A stretch of 56,550 nt of DNA from Acidobacteriota bacterium (GCA_037443845.1 JBBINO010000005.1:1-56550), one strand, 5' to 3'. Shown: positions 38,601 to 48,393, numbered from the stretch's first letter. The notes: generated from the sequence alone by a model not told the origin. Numbers and translations are program-made.

Positions 38601-41589
38601 CGTGGACAAGGAGATTTTCAAGACGACCCTGACGACCTCCGACAAGCCCATGCCCTTAGACCTCGCCATCCCCGAATCGGGCATCTATGTCGTCGAGGTC
38701 TCCTCGCGGGACAGGCTCGGACGCCTCCAGATCGTCAGCGTCGACCTTTTTGCGGGCGGCAAAAAGCCGATGTCCTGGAAGAAGCCGGAAGCCAACATTT
38801 TCGAAACCTCCAGCGACAAGACCGAGTACAATCCGGGCGAGACGGCGAAGATCCTGCTCAAGAGCCCCTACCAGAACGCCGCCGTACTGGCGGTGACCGA
38901 GGCCCCGGAAGGAAACATCTATCAAGAACTGAGCGTGCAGGGGGGGCACGCCGTATTCAGCCTGAAGATCGAGAATGAATACAACCCGCGCATCCCCGTC
39001 CATTTTCTCCTGATGCGGGGCCGGGTGCCGGGGGCACTGCTGGCAGGCGTCGACCTCGGCAAGCCCGGCACGGTCGCCTCCACCTGCTGGCTCAAGGTCA
39101 ACCCGGTCGACGACCAGCTTCAAGTCAAGCTGGACCACCCGGACAAGGTGCTTCCCGGACAGGAGATGACCATCAAGATAGCCCTCTCCACGCCCGGCGG
39201 AAAGCCCCTTCCCGGCGAGGTCACGCTGTGGCTGGTCGACCAAGCCGTCCTCGCGCTCGGAAAGGAGAAGCGGCTGGACCCGCTCCCTTCATTCATCAGG
39301 GATGTCCAATCGGCGTTGAGCATCCGGGACACCCGAAACAGCGCGATAGGAGAGATCGCTACCGAGGAGAGTCCCGGCGGCGGGGGGACGGAGGAGGAAA
39401 ACAACCTCCTCGGGCGGGTCACGGTAAGAAAGGAGTTCAAAACCGTTCCCTATTACAATCCCCGCATTCTGGTGGACGCTTCGGGAAAGGCGGAGGTCAC
39501 CTTCAAGATGAGCGACGACCTGACGAACTTCAAGGTGCGGGCGGTCGCTTGCAGCGGGCCGGCGAGATTCGGCTCCGCCAAGTCATCCCTCAGCGTCCGG
39601 CTTCCGGTGATCGTCCAGCCCGCGCTTCCGCGCTTTGTCAGAGTGGGCGACGCCTTCACCGCCGGGGGGATAGGCAGGGTGGTCGAAGGCGGCGGGGGGA
39701 AGGGGCGCTGCGAAATCGAAGTGGAGGGCGCGAGCCTTTCCGGGGAAACGCGGCGCGAACTGGAGTGGAACAAGGAAACGCCCGAGAAGCTGTTCTTCCC
39801 GATGAAGGTTCTTCCCGTATCCGCGAAGGACGCTGGCCCCCAGGCCTCCCCCGCGCTGACCGTCAAGCTCGCGGTGAGGCGGGACTCCGACAACGCCTCC
39901 GATGCCTTTGAAGTCAAGATCCCCGTCCTGATGGACAGGGAGCCGGTCCGCAAGGAATCGTTCGAGAAGCTCATGGCGGGAGCAACGGTCGTGGCGCCGA
40001 AAATGGATTCGGCGCCGAGGGCGGGCAGCGCGCGCCAGGAACTGCTGGTCACCGACCAGGAAGCGCTTTTGAAGATGGCGGCGGGGCTGGACTATCTCTA
40101 CAGCTACCCCTACGGCTGCACCGAGCAGCGTGTCAGTTGCGCCTACCCGCTGGTGGCGCTGAAGCCGATCTACGACGACTTCCACATGGCGCCGAACGGG
40201 GAAAAGGCGAAGGATCTGCTGGAGACGGCCTTCGGCTATCTCGAAAAGACCCTGACCCCAGACGGGCTTTACTCATACTGGCCCGGCGGGCGGGGCTGCG
40301 TCTCGCTGACCGCCTACGTCGTGTCGTTTCTGGCGGAGGCCAAGCGTTCGGGCATCCCCTTCGCGCCGAAGCTTCTGGAGAGGCCGGTGGCGGCGCTCAA
40401 ACAGGCGCTCCGCTCCGACTACTCGGGCTTCATCGACGGCGCGGCGTTCATGGAGCGGTGCGAGGCGCTGCAGGCGTTAAGCCTGGCGGGTGATTTCGAC
40501 GAAGCGTACGGCAGCGAGCTCGCGAGAAAGGCCGGCTATCTGGACCTCTACAGCGAAGCCGAGGTGCTATGCGCCTACAACGAGGGGCAGAAGGGGGGCG
40601 ACGAGATGCTTGCGCCCCTCCGAAAGGACATCTGGGGCGGCACCGTGTTCAAGCTCCGGGAGGGCCACGAGGTCTACGGCGGGCTCCAGTCCAGGGTCAG
40701 CCAGTGGGGTGGTCTCGTTCTCTCCTCCGAATTGAAGACCGAAGCGGCCGTGGTCAGGGCGCTGTACCCCACCGCCAAAGACGACCCGAAGATGAAACTC
40801 ATGATCGACGACCTCATCGCCGCGGGCAGCGGCGACGGTTGGGGCAACACCAACACGAACGCCGCCGCGCTCCTCGCGCTGCGGGACGTCATGGCCAAGC
40901 CTTCGCTCCGGCAGACGGCTCGCTTCGAGGTGGCCGCCGGCCCGGATCAGACGGCGGGGAGCCTCGGGCCCGGCTCTCCGACCTTCTACTACGTGAGCGG
41001 AAGCCAGAGCCCCTTGAAAGTGACGCGCCCGGCCGGCGATGACGCAAAGCCGCTTTACGCGAGGTTCTGCGCTTCTTACCTTCCTGCAGCGGGCGGCGAG
41101 TCGGTGGCGACCGAGAGCGAAGGGTTCGTGGTTCGGCGGGAGATCATTCGGGTGCCGGCCGGCGACGCCCCCCCTTCGAGAGAGTGGATCGAGAAGGAGG
41201 GGAACACCTTCACTTTCCAGACGGGGGACATCGTCGAGGAGCACGCGCAGGTCATCAACCCCGAAGAGCGGCATTTCGTCGTCGTCGTCGTCCCCTTCGC
41301 CGCGGGGATGGAACCGCTCAATCCCAACCTCGCCACGGCGCCCCGGGAGGCCCAGCCCTCCGGCACGCTGACGCTCGAGCCGAGCTACGTCCAGTACCTG
41401 GATAATGAAGCAAGGTTCTACTATGAAACCCTGCCCCAGGGAACGTACGATTTCTATTTCCGCGTCAGGGCGGTGACGGTGGGAAGCTTCGTCCATCCGT
41501 CGGCGCACGCCAGCATGATGTACCGAGAAAGCGTCCGGGGAAACAGCCCCGGGGCGCGCTACGTCATCACGCCGAGGAAGGAGAGCTGA
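35677..41589 (+). CDS. yfhM: Bacterial alpha-2-macroglobulin
   Basis: TERPVYRP, VTLWLVDQAVL, DDLTNFKVRAVA, QPALPRF, thioester motif YPYGCTEQ, WGNTNTNA; followed by pbpC. Confidence 0.93.
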   Translation: MRRRCLFAATLLMLLSTALTYTGEPPAAQAGRLVILPESILRGYDPVTVFFPKAVVSGQGPEDHAEKYVKIQPAMSGAFSWVDAKTLIFVPAVPWPPLASFVVSAGGAERKLFTLLAPPISMDPSDGARDLEPVEEVTLAFASPIPPEKLAEMVTFELRPLPGVGRRNARVLSEQDYALKAIERSSAKDPAKYVFRFKEPIPDGLRVVTRLKLSLDEKSSDSFMEYAFATKEPFRVAAAGCMEGADAESSYGRRPREYRGSSYLNETGADEEEGDGQDEAASGSEEGAPGPRPGMLPLAMGGTRYGREQALDGGAGSPRLAIQFSSEPEPLTLSLVKALLHLTPSMENMSFSQSGRYVFVTGKVDRATLYQAEILPAPIHDTQGRPLQMEGISAFYFYFPQRASFLRWSQSRGIIERFGPQMFPLSGRGDAKVDVRIYKIAPLDRNFWPFPSAPVVIDEQSRPPGPGEEPQEAETLTAYVTAGDLARRIKLLGSPAVSRIMDLPIRPSGGATGFGLPLKEALAQISGPGAPGTYLVGIRRLNNETNRDYVRIQVTDLCLSTVEEKRAVEFYVSSLKTGKPVEGAAIRVERQLPGKGPYDAAILGRTDARGLFRWEHTARVEGRVTRIVVANGEDTLVILPSDPPYAFANDHWYGPRGKWLGWVENDPMKEPPVEDLLMAHLLTERPVYRPEDEVHIKGYLRRREKGKLQLPPAGDWEIVVTDPGGKEYHYPVEITAEGSFYLKFQERDLPSGRYGAFLHEVKTGKSYGAVDWRMEAYRIPRFEVSIQGPDQVPMDREFTLTATADYYAGGRVIGQDVAWRVTQFPYAFVPAGMPDFHFSSDERFSKPGRFQAPGAVEKKDKTDASGASALTLNPALEMDARPRRYVCEVTVTGADDQTVSATRQVLALPPFVLGLKVDRFQPEVTAIHPEVVALDGIGKAVKGLDATVRLLQRQWHSTLTESDFATGKAKYQTEVVDKEIFKTTLTTSDKPMPLDLAIPESGIYVVEVSSRDRLGRLQIVSVDLFAGGKKPMSWKKPEANIFETSSDKTEYNPGETAKILLKSPYQNAAVLAVTEAPEGNIYQELSVQGGHAVFSLKIENEYNPRIPVHFLLMRGRVPGALLAGVDLGKPGTVASTCWLKVNPVDDQLQVKLDHPDKVLPGQEMTIKIALSTPGGKPLPGEVTLWLVDQAVLALGKEKRLDPLPSFIRDVQSALSIRDTRNSAIGEIATEESPGGGGTEEENNLLGRVTVRKEFKTVPYYNPRILVDASGKAEVTFKMSDDLTNFKVRAVACSGPARFGSAKSSLSVRLPVIVQPALPRFVRVGDAFTAGGIGRVVEGGGGKGRCEIEVEGASLSGETRRELEWNKETPEKLFFPMKVLPVSAKDAGPQASPALTVKLAVRRDSDNASDAFEVKIPVLMDREPVRKESFEKLMAGATVVAPKMDSAPRAGSARQELLVTDQEALLKMAAGLDYLYSYPYGCTEQRVSCAYPLVALKPIYDDFHMAPNGEKAKDLLETAFGYLEKTLTPDGLYSYWPGGRGCVSLTAYVVSFLAEAKRSGIPFAPKLLERPVAALKQALRSDYSGFIDGAAFMERCEALQALSLAGDFDEAYGSELARKAGYLDLYSEAEVLCAYNEGQKGGDEMLAPLRKDIWGGTVFKLREGHEVYGGLQSRVSQWGGLVLSSELKTEAAVVRALYPTAKDDPKMKLMIDDLIAAGSGDGWGNTNTNAAALLALRDVMAKPSLRQTARFEVAAGPDQTAGSLGPGSPTFYYVSGSQSPLKVTRPAGDDAKPLYARFCASYLPAAGGESVATESEGFVVRREIIRVPAGDAPPSREWIEKEGNTFTFQTGDIVEEHAQVINPEERHFVVVVVPFAAGMEPLNPNLATAPREAQPSGTLTLEPSYVQYLDNEARFYYETLPQGTYDFYFRVRAVTVGSFVHPSAHASMMYRESVRGNSPGARYVITPRKES

Positions 41590-41596
41590 AGGGGCG

Positions 41597-44041
41597 ATGA
41601 TGCGGAAGTCGGCGGGAGGGGCAATCTCGGCGATACGCCGCGCCAGGGGCGCGTTCGCTCGAAAGAAGCGCCTCCTGCTGTGCGCGGTGTCCCTCTCGCT
41701 TCCCGTCCTCTTGGCGGCGGGAATGGTCTTCAGGTCCGTCGACCGGAGGGCGAGGCTGGTCGTGCCGCCGGCGACGCTCCTGTTCGAGGACGCCAGGGGA
41801 AGGTTTCTGGCGGAGCTTTCGAGGGACCAGCACCGGATGGGATTCTGGCCCCCACCGGAGCCCATTCCGGAACGGATCGCGAAGGCGACCCTCGCCGCGG
41901 AGGATTCGAGGTTTTACTCCCATCCAGGCGTAGACCCCCCCTCCGTCGTGCGCGCGCTCGTGCAGGACATCCGCCACATGAAAAGGGTTTCGGGCGCGTC
42001 CACGATCGCCATGCAGGTGGCGCGCCTGCAGAGTCCCGAGAAGAGAAACCTGGTCAACAAGGCGCTGGAGGCGCTGACCGCCGTGGCGCTGACGGAAAGG
42101 GTCGGCAGGGAGAAGATCCTGCGGCAATACCTGACGTTGGCGCCCTACGGAAATCAGAATTACGGCGCGGCCTATGCCGCGCGGCGCTATTTCGACAAGC
42201 CGCTGTGCGACCTCACCTGGGCCGAGGCCGCCGTTCTGGCCTCCCTCCCGTGCATGCCGCGCCGCATGAACGTCTACACCTACAACGGGTGGCTGGTCTG
42301 CCAAGCCCGCGCCAAGCACGTGCTCTCGCGCCTCCGCCATCTCGGGTGGCTCAATGAAGGCGACTACGCGACGGCGATAAGCCAGCTTCCCGGAGTCGGG
42401 CTGCTCCCCAAGGAGACCCGGCCCTCCTCCATGCTCCATGCCGTCTTGGCGATAGAGAATATCTGCAAGCAGGACCCCGCCTTCCGCCAGGATCGCCCGA
42501 TCGTCCGGACCACCCTCGACATGGAGATCCAGAACGCCGCCAGCGTGATCGCCTCGTCGGCGATGAAGCAGTTCCGGGCGGATGGCGCCGGGAACATCGC
42601 CGTGATCGTGGCGAGGGCCGGAACCGGAGAGGTGATCTCGTACCTGGGCTCCGAGGACTACCTCGATCAACGGAACAAAGGGGCCATCGACTACGCCCGC
42701 GTTCCCCGCTCCTCGGGAAGCACGCTCAAGCCGTTTATCTACGCCCTGGGCATGAGCGAGAAGGGGTTCACCGCGGCGACCCTGCTGACGGACGTCGGGC
42801 TCGCCTTGAATCCGCGGACAGGCGGATACGTGATCAAGAACTACGACGAGAACTACCTCGGCCCCATCCTCTACAGAAACGCGCTTGCCAACAGCAGGAA
42901 CGTTCCCGCCGTCAGCGTCCTCGAATCGGTCGGCGTCGAGACGGCCTACGCGCAGATGGCGAAGCTCGGCCTGGTGAGGCGATGGCGCGATCCGCGGAAC
43001 TACGGGTTGACGCTCGCGCTCGGCGGCCTGAGCGTCAGGCTCTGGGATCTGGTTGGGGCCTACGGCGTGCTCGCCAACGAGGGAAATTCTTGCGGATTGA
43101 CTTGGTTCCCCAGAGGGGAGAAGCCGGTCCACCCGCAGCAGCTCATTCCGGAAGACGTCGCGAGGCAGATCACGCTGTTCTTGTCGGACCCGATGGCGCG
43201 GCTTCCCTCCTTCCCCAGGATGGGCTGGCTCGAATACCCCTTTCCCGTGGCCGTCAAGACCGGGACGTCAAAGAACTATCGTGACGCGTGGTGCGTGGCC
43301 TACTCGAAGAAATACATCGTCGGCGTCTGGGTGGGGCATCCCGACTATTACGGCATGAAGCGGCGATGCGGGGCCGATTCGGCGGCCATGGTGGTGCACC
43401 AGATCATGGCGACGCTTCATCACGACGACATGGAGGGTCTCTCCGACCTCTCTTTCCCTCCGCCCAAAGGTTACGTCGCCAAGCGCATCGACCTGCTTTC
43501 GGGGAAGCTCGCCCGCGAGGACACGCCCTACGTCGCCCTGGAATGGTTCAAGCCCGGCACCGAGCCGGTCGAGGAAACTTCTGTCTACAGGACGGTCGCG
43601 ATCGACGGCAGGACGGGCCTCCCGGCGGAAGAGACGTGCCCGGCGGCCTTCCGGAAAGAAGAGCGGATCGTGGTCCTCGACCCGAAGTTCGACCGCTGGG
43701 CGAAACAGTCCGGGCTCGAGGTCTGCCTGCGGCCAGAAGACCACCCGGAGCGCTTCCTGAAAAACCTCTCGCCCTCGCTCGCGGTGACCTATCCCAAGAA
43801 CGGCGCGCGCTTCCTGCCGGACCCTGAAACGCCGCCGGAGTTCGCGACCATTTCCCTCGAGGCGAGCGTCGAGCCGCCCGTCGAACAGGTTCTCTGGTAC
43901 GTTGACGGAAAGCCCTACGAAGTGGCTGACTACCCCTACTCCGCGAGGTGGAGGATCCGCCCCGGCGCCCACACCTTCCGAATCGGCCTTCCTTCCGCTC
44001 CGCTGGCCAGCCCGCCCGTCAGAATAACCGTTGCCCAATAG
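41597..44041 (+). CDS. pbpC: Penicillin-binding protein 1C
   Basis: AEDSRFYSHPGVD, GASTIAMQVAR, GSTLKPF (SxxK), SRN, KTGTS, and a C-terminal WYVDG domain. Confidence 0.95.
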   Translation: MMRKSAGGAISAIRRARGAFARKKRLLLCAVSLSLPVLLAAGMVFRSVDRRARLVVPPATLLFEDARGRFLAELSRDQHRMGFWPPPEPIPERIAKATLAAEDSRFYSHPGVDPPSVVRALVQDIRHMKRVSGASTIAMQVARLQSPEKRNLVNKALEALTAVALTERVGREKILRQYLTLAPYGNQNYGAAYAARRYFDKPLCDLTWAEAAVLASLPCMPRRMNVYTYNGWLVCQARAKHVLSRLRHLGWLNEGDYATAISQLPGVGLLPKETRPSSMLHAVLAIENICKQDPAFRQDRPIVRTTLDMEIQNAASVIASSAMKQFRADGAGNIAVIVARAGTGEVISYLGSEDYLDQRNKGAIDYARVPRSSGSTLKPFIYALGMSEKGFTAATLLTDVGLALNPRTGGYVIKNYDENYLGPILYRNALANSRNVPAVSVLESVGVETAYAQMAKLGLVRRWRDPRNYGLTLALGGLSVRLWDLVGAYGVLANEGNSCGLTWFPRGEKPVHPQQLIPEDVARQITLFLSDPMARLPSFPRMGWLEYPFPVAVKTGTSKNYRDAWCVAYSKKYIVGVWVGHPDYYGMKRRCGADSAAMVVHQIMATLHHDDMEGLSDLSFPPPKGYVAKRIDLLSGKLAREDTPYVALEWFKPGTEPVEETSVYRTVAIDGRTGLPAEETCPAAFRKEERIVVLDPKFDRWAKQSGLEVCLRPEDHPERFLKNLSPSLAVTYPKNGARFLPDPETPPEFATISLEASVEPPVEQVLWYVDGKPYEVADYPYSARWRIRPGAHTFRIGLPSAPLASPPVRITVAQ

Positions 44042-44143
44042 CTTTGGCCTGCGCGGCGGGCGCAACCGTTCAACGCGGGGCAACACCAAGCGAGGCCGGG
44101 CAAAGCTTACGGCAAGTGGCATGCGCTGGGCTGCCATGCAACA

Positions 44144-44197
44144 ACGGCGCCGGGGACGCGCATTCCTCGCTTCGCTTCGGAATGCGGCCTACGCCGT
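44144..44197. repeat. REP-like intergenic stem-loop at the island's left boundary
   Basis: acggcg...cgcattcc-tcgcttcgcttc-ggaatgcg...cgccgt, nested inverted repeats between the convergent pbpC and hsdR. Confidence 0.45.
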
Positions 44198-44317
44198 GCC
44201 CCTGAAAAAGCTATTTTGGACAGGTGTGACCATGGCTCAGGGATGCTGCAATGCAATATCCCTAGGCCCTAAGAAGCATCGCCGTTCCGAGGGTTATCGC
44301 GAAGCCGCTGACAGATA

Positions 44318-47300
44318 TTACACTGGCTGCTCGGGCGGCCGCACCCTTCCATAAGTCAACCCGAACACCATTTCTGTCAGCCATCGTCGGAAGAACTCGT
44401 TGTCGCTGAACTGTTTGAAGAGCTCGGTGTGGTCGGCGAGGAGGTCGTTCATGACGCGGCCCAGCGCCTTGTCGTGCTCAAAGCGCGCGTTCTGCTTGTC
44501 GGAGTTGGCTTTTGCGTTCTGGTAGGTCCGGTCCGCGGCCACCCTGGCGGGGATCTCCTCGGTGATGACCTTGCGGATCTTGTCGGCGTCCTTCCACGGG
44601 ATGTTCCCGAACTGGTCGTTGAATGCCTTTAGGATGTTGCTCAGGCGGTCCAGCTCCGGCTCGGGCTTGTGCCCGCCCTCTGAAACAGGCACGGGCTGGA
44701 TCTCCCCGTCCTGGTCGAGCAAGGAGACGCTCTCGGTGGCGCGCTTCTCCACTCGGTAGCTGTCCATGTCGATGGCTTCGAGGATGCCCTTGGAGAGGTC
44801 CTCGTCGATGGGGGCCGGGAGCTTGAGGATCAAGAAGTTGAGGAAGATGGAGAGCTTTTCCCACGCCGAGCTGGTGTAGGGCAGGATGGAAGCCAGGAAG
44901 GCGTAGGTTCGGGTGAAGGACTTGGCCTTGCCCTTGAAGGCCACCTGGCCGTCCTCGTCCAGGTCCTGTTTGTAGGTCGCAACGCAGGAGTCGAGGATGG
45001 GGTCGAGCTTGCCTCGCTCCGCTCCCCCCAGGTAGAGAGTCACGAACTCCTCGACCTGCCTCTGGGAGTAAACTTGCGCTCCGTCCAGATCCGTCTTCAG
45101 GTCGTGGAGCTTGTTGGGGTCGGTCTCCTCGCTGAGGACGGTCGTCCGGTAGTACGGCTCGAAGGCCTGCACCATCGTGTCCGCGTCGTTCTGGAAGTCC
45201 AGGACGAAGGTGTCGTACTTCTGCGGGTGGGCGCGGTTCAGGCGAGACAGGGTTTGGACCGCTTTGATGCCCGAGAGGACTTTGTCCACGTACATCGTAT
45301 GAAGCAGAGGCTCGTCGTACCCCGTTTGGAACTTCTCCGCAACCACGAGGAACCGGTAGGGGTCCTTGCGGAAGCGTTCCGGGATGAGGTTGCTCGGGAA
45401 CTCGTTGAGGGACGCCTCGGTCACGGCCTTGCCCCCGTAGTCGTGTTCGCCCGAGAAGGCCACCACGGCCTTGTAGGGGCTCTTTCGTTCGCCGAGATAG
45501 TCCTTCATGGCGTGGTAGTACTGGACGGCCCTCTCGATGCCGCTCGTGACCACCATGGCCCTGGCTTTGCCCCCCACTTTCTGGTGCCCCATGACCTGCT
45601 CGTGGAAGTGGTCCACGATGATCTCCGCCTTCTTGCGGATGGCATGGTCGTGGGATTCGACGTAGTACCACAGCTTCTTCTGGGCGCGCTTGGTGTCGAA
45701 CTCGGGGTCATCCGGTACCGTCTTGGCCAGGCGGTAGTAGCTGGCCACAGGCGTGTAGCTCCTCAGGACGTCGAGGATGAACCCCTCTTGGATGGCCTGC
45801 TTCATGGTGTAGCTGTGGAAGGGGCGGTGCCCAACCTTGCCGTCCGGCTTTGGTACGGGCTCCCCGAAGATCTCCAGGGTCTTGTTCTTGGGCGTGGCCG
45901 TGAAGGCGAAGTAACTGGCGTTGGGGAGCAGCTTCCGGCTTTCCATGAGGCGGTTGATCTGGTCCTCCACCGTCTCCTCGTCGTCCTTCTCCCCGGAAGG
46001 GGCACCCTGCTCAGAGAGCACCTGGCTCATCTTGGCGGAGATCCTTCCGCCCTGGCTGGAGTGGGCCTCGTCGATGATTATGGCGAAGCTGTTTCTTCGG
46101 TGCTCGTCGCCAATGTCCTCCAAGATGAAGGGGAACTTCTGCACCGTGGAGATGATGATCTTCTTGCCAGATTCCAGGAACCGCTTCAGGTCCCCCGAGC
46201 TGTCCGCATGGCCCACCGTGGCCGAAACCTGGGCGAACTGCTTGATGGTGTTCTTGATCTGCTGGTCGAGGACCTTCCGGTCCGTCACGACGATGACCGA
46301 GTCGAAGAGGGCCTTCCCCTCCCGCTGTAGCCCCACGAGTTGGTGGGCCAGCCAGGCGATGGAGTTGCTCTTCCCGCTCCCGGCGGAGTGCTCGATGAGG
46401 TAGCGCCTCCCCACGGCCTTCTCGCGAACATCGGCCAAAATGGAGCGCACCAGGTCGAGCTGGTGGTACCGGGGGAAGATGAGGCTCCTGCGTTCCTTGC
46501 CCTTCTCGTCCTTGCTCTGGAAGAGCTGGGCGTAGTTCTCCAGGATGTCGGTCCAGCCCGAACGCGTGAGGATCTCCCGCCAGAGGTATTCGGTCTTGAG
46601 ACCGCCGGGGTTGGGAGGGTTGCCAGCCCCGTCGTTCCAGCCCTTGTTGAACGGGAGGAACCAGGACGCCTTGCCCTTCAGGTGTGTGCACATCCAGACC
46701 TGTTGGTCATCCACGGCAAAATGGACGAGGCACCGGCCGAACTGGAAGAGCAGCTCCCTCGGGTCGCGGTCCCGTTTGTACTGCTGTATCGCGTCGTCGT
46801 AGGTTTGCTTTGTGAGGCTGTTCTTCAGTTCGAAGGTCGCCACGGGCAGGCCGTTGATGAAGAGGCCTAGGTCCAGCGCAAGCTGGCTCTCGTCGCGGCT
46901 GTACTTGAGCTGACGGGTCACGCTGAAGATGTTGGCCCGGTTGAGTGCCTCGGCCTTCGCGTTTCCGGGGGAAGGGGTCCCGTAGAACAGGCTTACGCTG
47001 TGCGGACCGTCCTTGACGCCTCGCCGGAGAACCTCGACGATCCCGCGCTTGGCGATCTCCCCTTGGAGCCGGTGGAGAAAGGCCTGCCGCCGGTGGCCTT
47101 CCGAAGCTAGCCCGATGGCCTCGAAGGCGTCGGGCTGGGTGGTCTGCAAAAACTCCAGGAGCTTTGCCAGGTCCACCGCATGGTCCCGGTCGAAGTCCCT
47201 GGGGTCGCCCTGCACATACCAAGCATTGTCGTATGCGCCGGGATGCTCCCCTGTTGGTGTACCCGCCAGAGCCTCCTGACCTGTCCGACCCGTAAGGGCT

Positions 47301-47350
47301 GACACAATGAGGGATTCAAGGCCTTTTTCCGAGGTGTCAGTGGTCGTCAT
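44318..47350 (-). CDS. hsdR: Type I restriction endonuclease subunit R
   Basis: DLGLFINGLPVATFELK (PD-ExK), HSAGSGKS, IIDEAH, FTATP, FQTGYDEP, VQTLSRLNR. Confidence 0.96.
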   Translation of the reverse strand: MTTTDTSEKGLESLIVSALTGRTGQEALAGTPTGEHPGAYDNAWYVQGDPRDFDRDHAVDLAKLLEFLQTTQPDAFEAIGLASEGHRRQAFLHRLQGEIAKRGIVEVLRRGVKDGPHSVSLFYGTPSPGNAKAEALNRANIFSVTRQLKYSRDESQLALDLGLFINGLPVATFELKNSLTKQTYDDAIQQYKRDRDPRELLFQFGRCLVHFAVDDQQVWMCTHLKGKASWFLPFNKGWNDGAGNPPNPGGLKTEYLWREILTRSGWTDILENYAQLFQSKDEKGKERRSLIFPRYHQLDLVRSILADVREKAVGRRYLIEHSAGSGKSNSIAWLAHQLVGLQREGKALFDSVIVVTDRKVLDQQIKNTIKQFAQVSATVGHADSSGDLKRFLESGKKIIISTVQKFPFILEDIGDEHRRNSFAIIIDEAHSSQGGRISAKMSQVLSEQGAPSGEKDDEETVEDQINRLMESRKLLPNASYFAFTATPKNKTLEIFGEPVPKPDGKVGHRPFHSYTMKQAIQEGFILDVLRSYTPVASYYRLAKTVPDDPEFDTKRAQKKLWYYVESHDHAIRKKAEIIVDHFHEQVMGHQKVGGKARAMVVTSGIERAVQYYHAMKDYLGERKSPYKAVVAFSGEHDYGGKAVTEASLNEFPSNLIPERFRKDPYRFLVVAEKFQTGYDEPLLHTMYVDKVLSGIKAVQTLSRLNRAHPQKYDTFVLDFQNDADTMVQAFEPYYRTTVLSEETDPNKLHDLKTDLDGAQVYSQRQVEEFVTLYLGGAERGKLDPILDSCVATYKQDLDEDGQVAFKGKAKSFTRTYAFLASILPYTSSAWEKLSIFLNFLILKLPAPIDEDLSKGILEAIDMDSYRVEKRATESVSLLDQDGEIQPVPVSEGGHKPEPELDRLSNILKAFNDQFGNIPWKDADKIRKVITEEIPARVAADRTYQNAKANSDKQNARFEHDKALGRVMNDLLADHTELFKQFSDNEFFRRWLTEMVFGLTYGRVRPPEQPV

Positions 47351-48393
47351 GCCTTCTCTTCTCCTGGGCGGTCGCGCAAGAGGTGGGTCACGATGCGGAC
47401 GATGATCTCCCGCTCGGCGGGCCGGCTCTCCGCGATCATCAGGGTGATGGCCACGAGGCTGGCATCGGAGAGGCGCCGCCTTCCAGACCGGTCAACCAGG
47501 ACACCATTCTTCTCCAGAAACCACAGGAACAGGGCCGCGCCGATGCGCTTGTTGCCGTCCACGAAGGCGTGGTTCTTGACGAGGAAGTAGAGCAGGTTGG
47601 CCGCCTTCCCCTCGATGCCAGGGTAGACATCCTGGCCGTCGAAGGTTTGCATCACGGCCCCGAGGGCGCTGTCCAAGCCCCTGTCCTTCTCCCGCCCGAA
47701 CAGCGCGGAACCGCCGAACCGTTCGCGCAGGTGATTCACGAGGCGCAATGATTCTTCATAGGTCAGCGCCTGGACGATCGCCGCGCCGGTCTCCGGGGTT
47801 GCCACCCGCTGGTGGTCGTAATCGTCCAGGAGATCCAGCGCGAAGCTGTACTCCCCCACGACGCGCAGGAGCGCCGTCGCCTCGTCGCTGGAGAGGTCCC
47901 GGCGGTCGGTCAGCCCGGCCACGAGCCGTACGGCCTGGTTAAGCTCCTTCAGCCGGCGCTCGTTGGCCGAATACCCCTTGAGAATATGATCGTGCAGAAC
48001 CCTCGTCGCCCAGATGCGAAACTGCGTGCCCCGCTTCGAGTTGACGCGGTAGCCCACGGAGATGATCGCGTCGAGATTGAAGAAGTCCGTGTGGTAGGTT
48101 TTCCCGTCGGCGGCAGTATGTGCAAAATTTGCACATACTGAATCCCGTTCCAACTCACCGGCTTGGAAGATGTTGCCCAGGTGCTTGGTGATGACGCTGC
48201 GCTCAGTGGCGAACAGGAGGGCCATCTGCTTCTGGCTCAGCCAGATCGTCTCCCGCTCCAGCCGGACATCCAGGCGCACCGTGCCGTCGGGGGCGTTGTA
48301 GAGGAGGATTTCTCCGCCCGGCCCCGCATACGCGGCGGCGGCTTCGCGCACGCCAGCGGATTTTTTGCCCCGCGCATTAGGCTTCGTCGGCAT
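47347..48393 (-). CDS. RhuM-like N-terminal domain fused to a Fic/Doc domain
   Basis: ETIWLSQKQMA.LF, FNLDAIISVGYRVNS..GTQFRIWA, then HAFVDGNKRIG. The start is probably ATG 48393 (GAGGAGG upstream). Confidence 0.88.
   Translation of the reverse strand: MPTKPNARGKKSAGVREAAAAYAGPGGEILLYNAPDGTVRLDVRLERETIWLSQKQMALLFATERSVITKHLGNIFQAGELERDSVCANFAHTAADGKTYHTDFFNLDAIISVGYRVNSKRGTQFRIWATRVLHDHILKGYSANERRLKELNQAVRLVAGLTDRRDLSSDEATALLRVVGEYSFALDLLDDYDHQRVATPETGAAIVQALTYEESLRLVNHLRERFGGSALFGREKDRGLDSALGAVMQTFDGQDVYPGIEGKAANLLYFLVKNHAFVDGNKRIGAALFLWFLEKNGVLVDRSGRRRLSDASLVAITLMIAESRPAEREIIVRIVTHLLRDRPGEEKA

Noticed and set aside
44042-44317. Duplicate of the tRNA-Ser 3' end (att site) marking the island's left edge
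   Set aside because: I found no match to tggcggagagacggggattcgaacc by eye, and no integrase is encoded in the interval.
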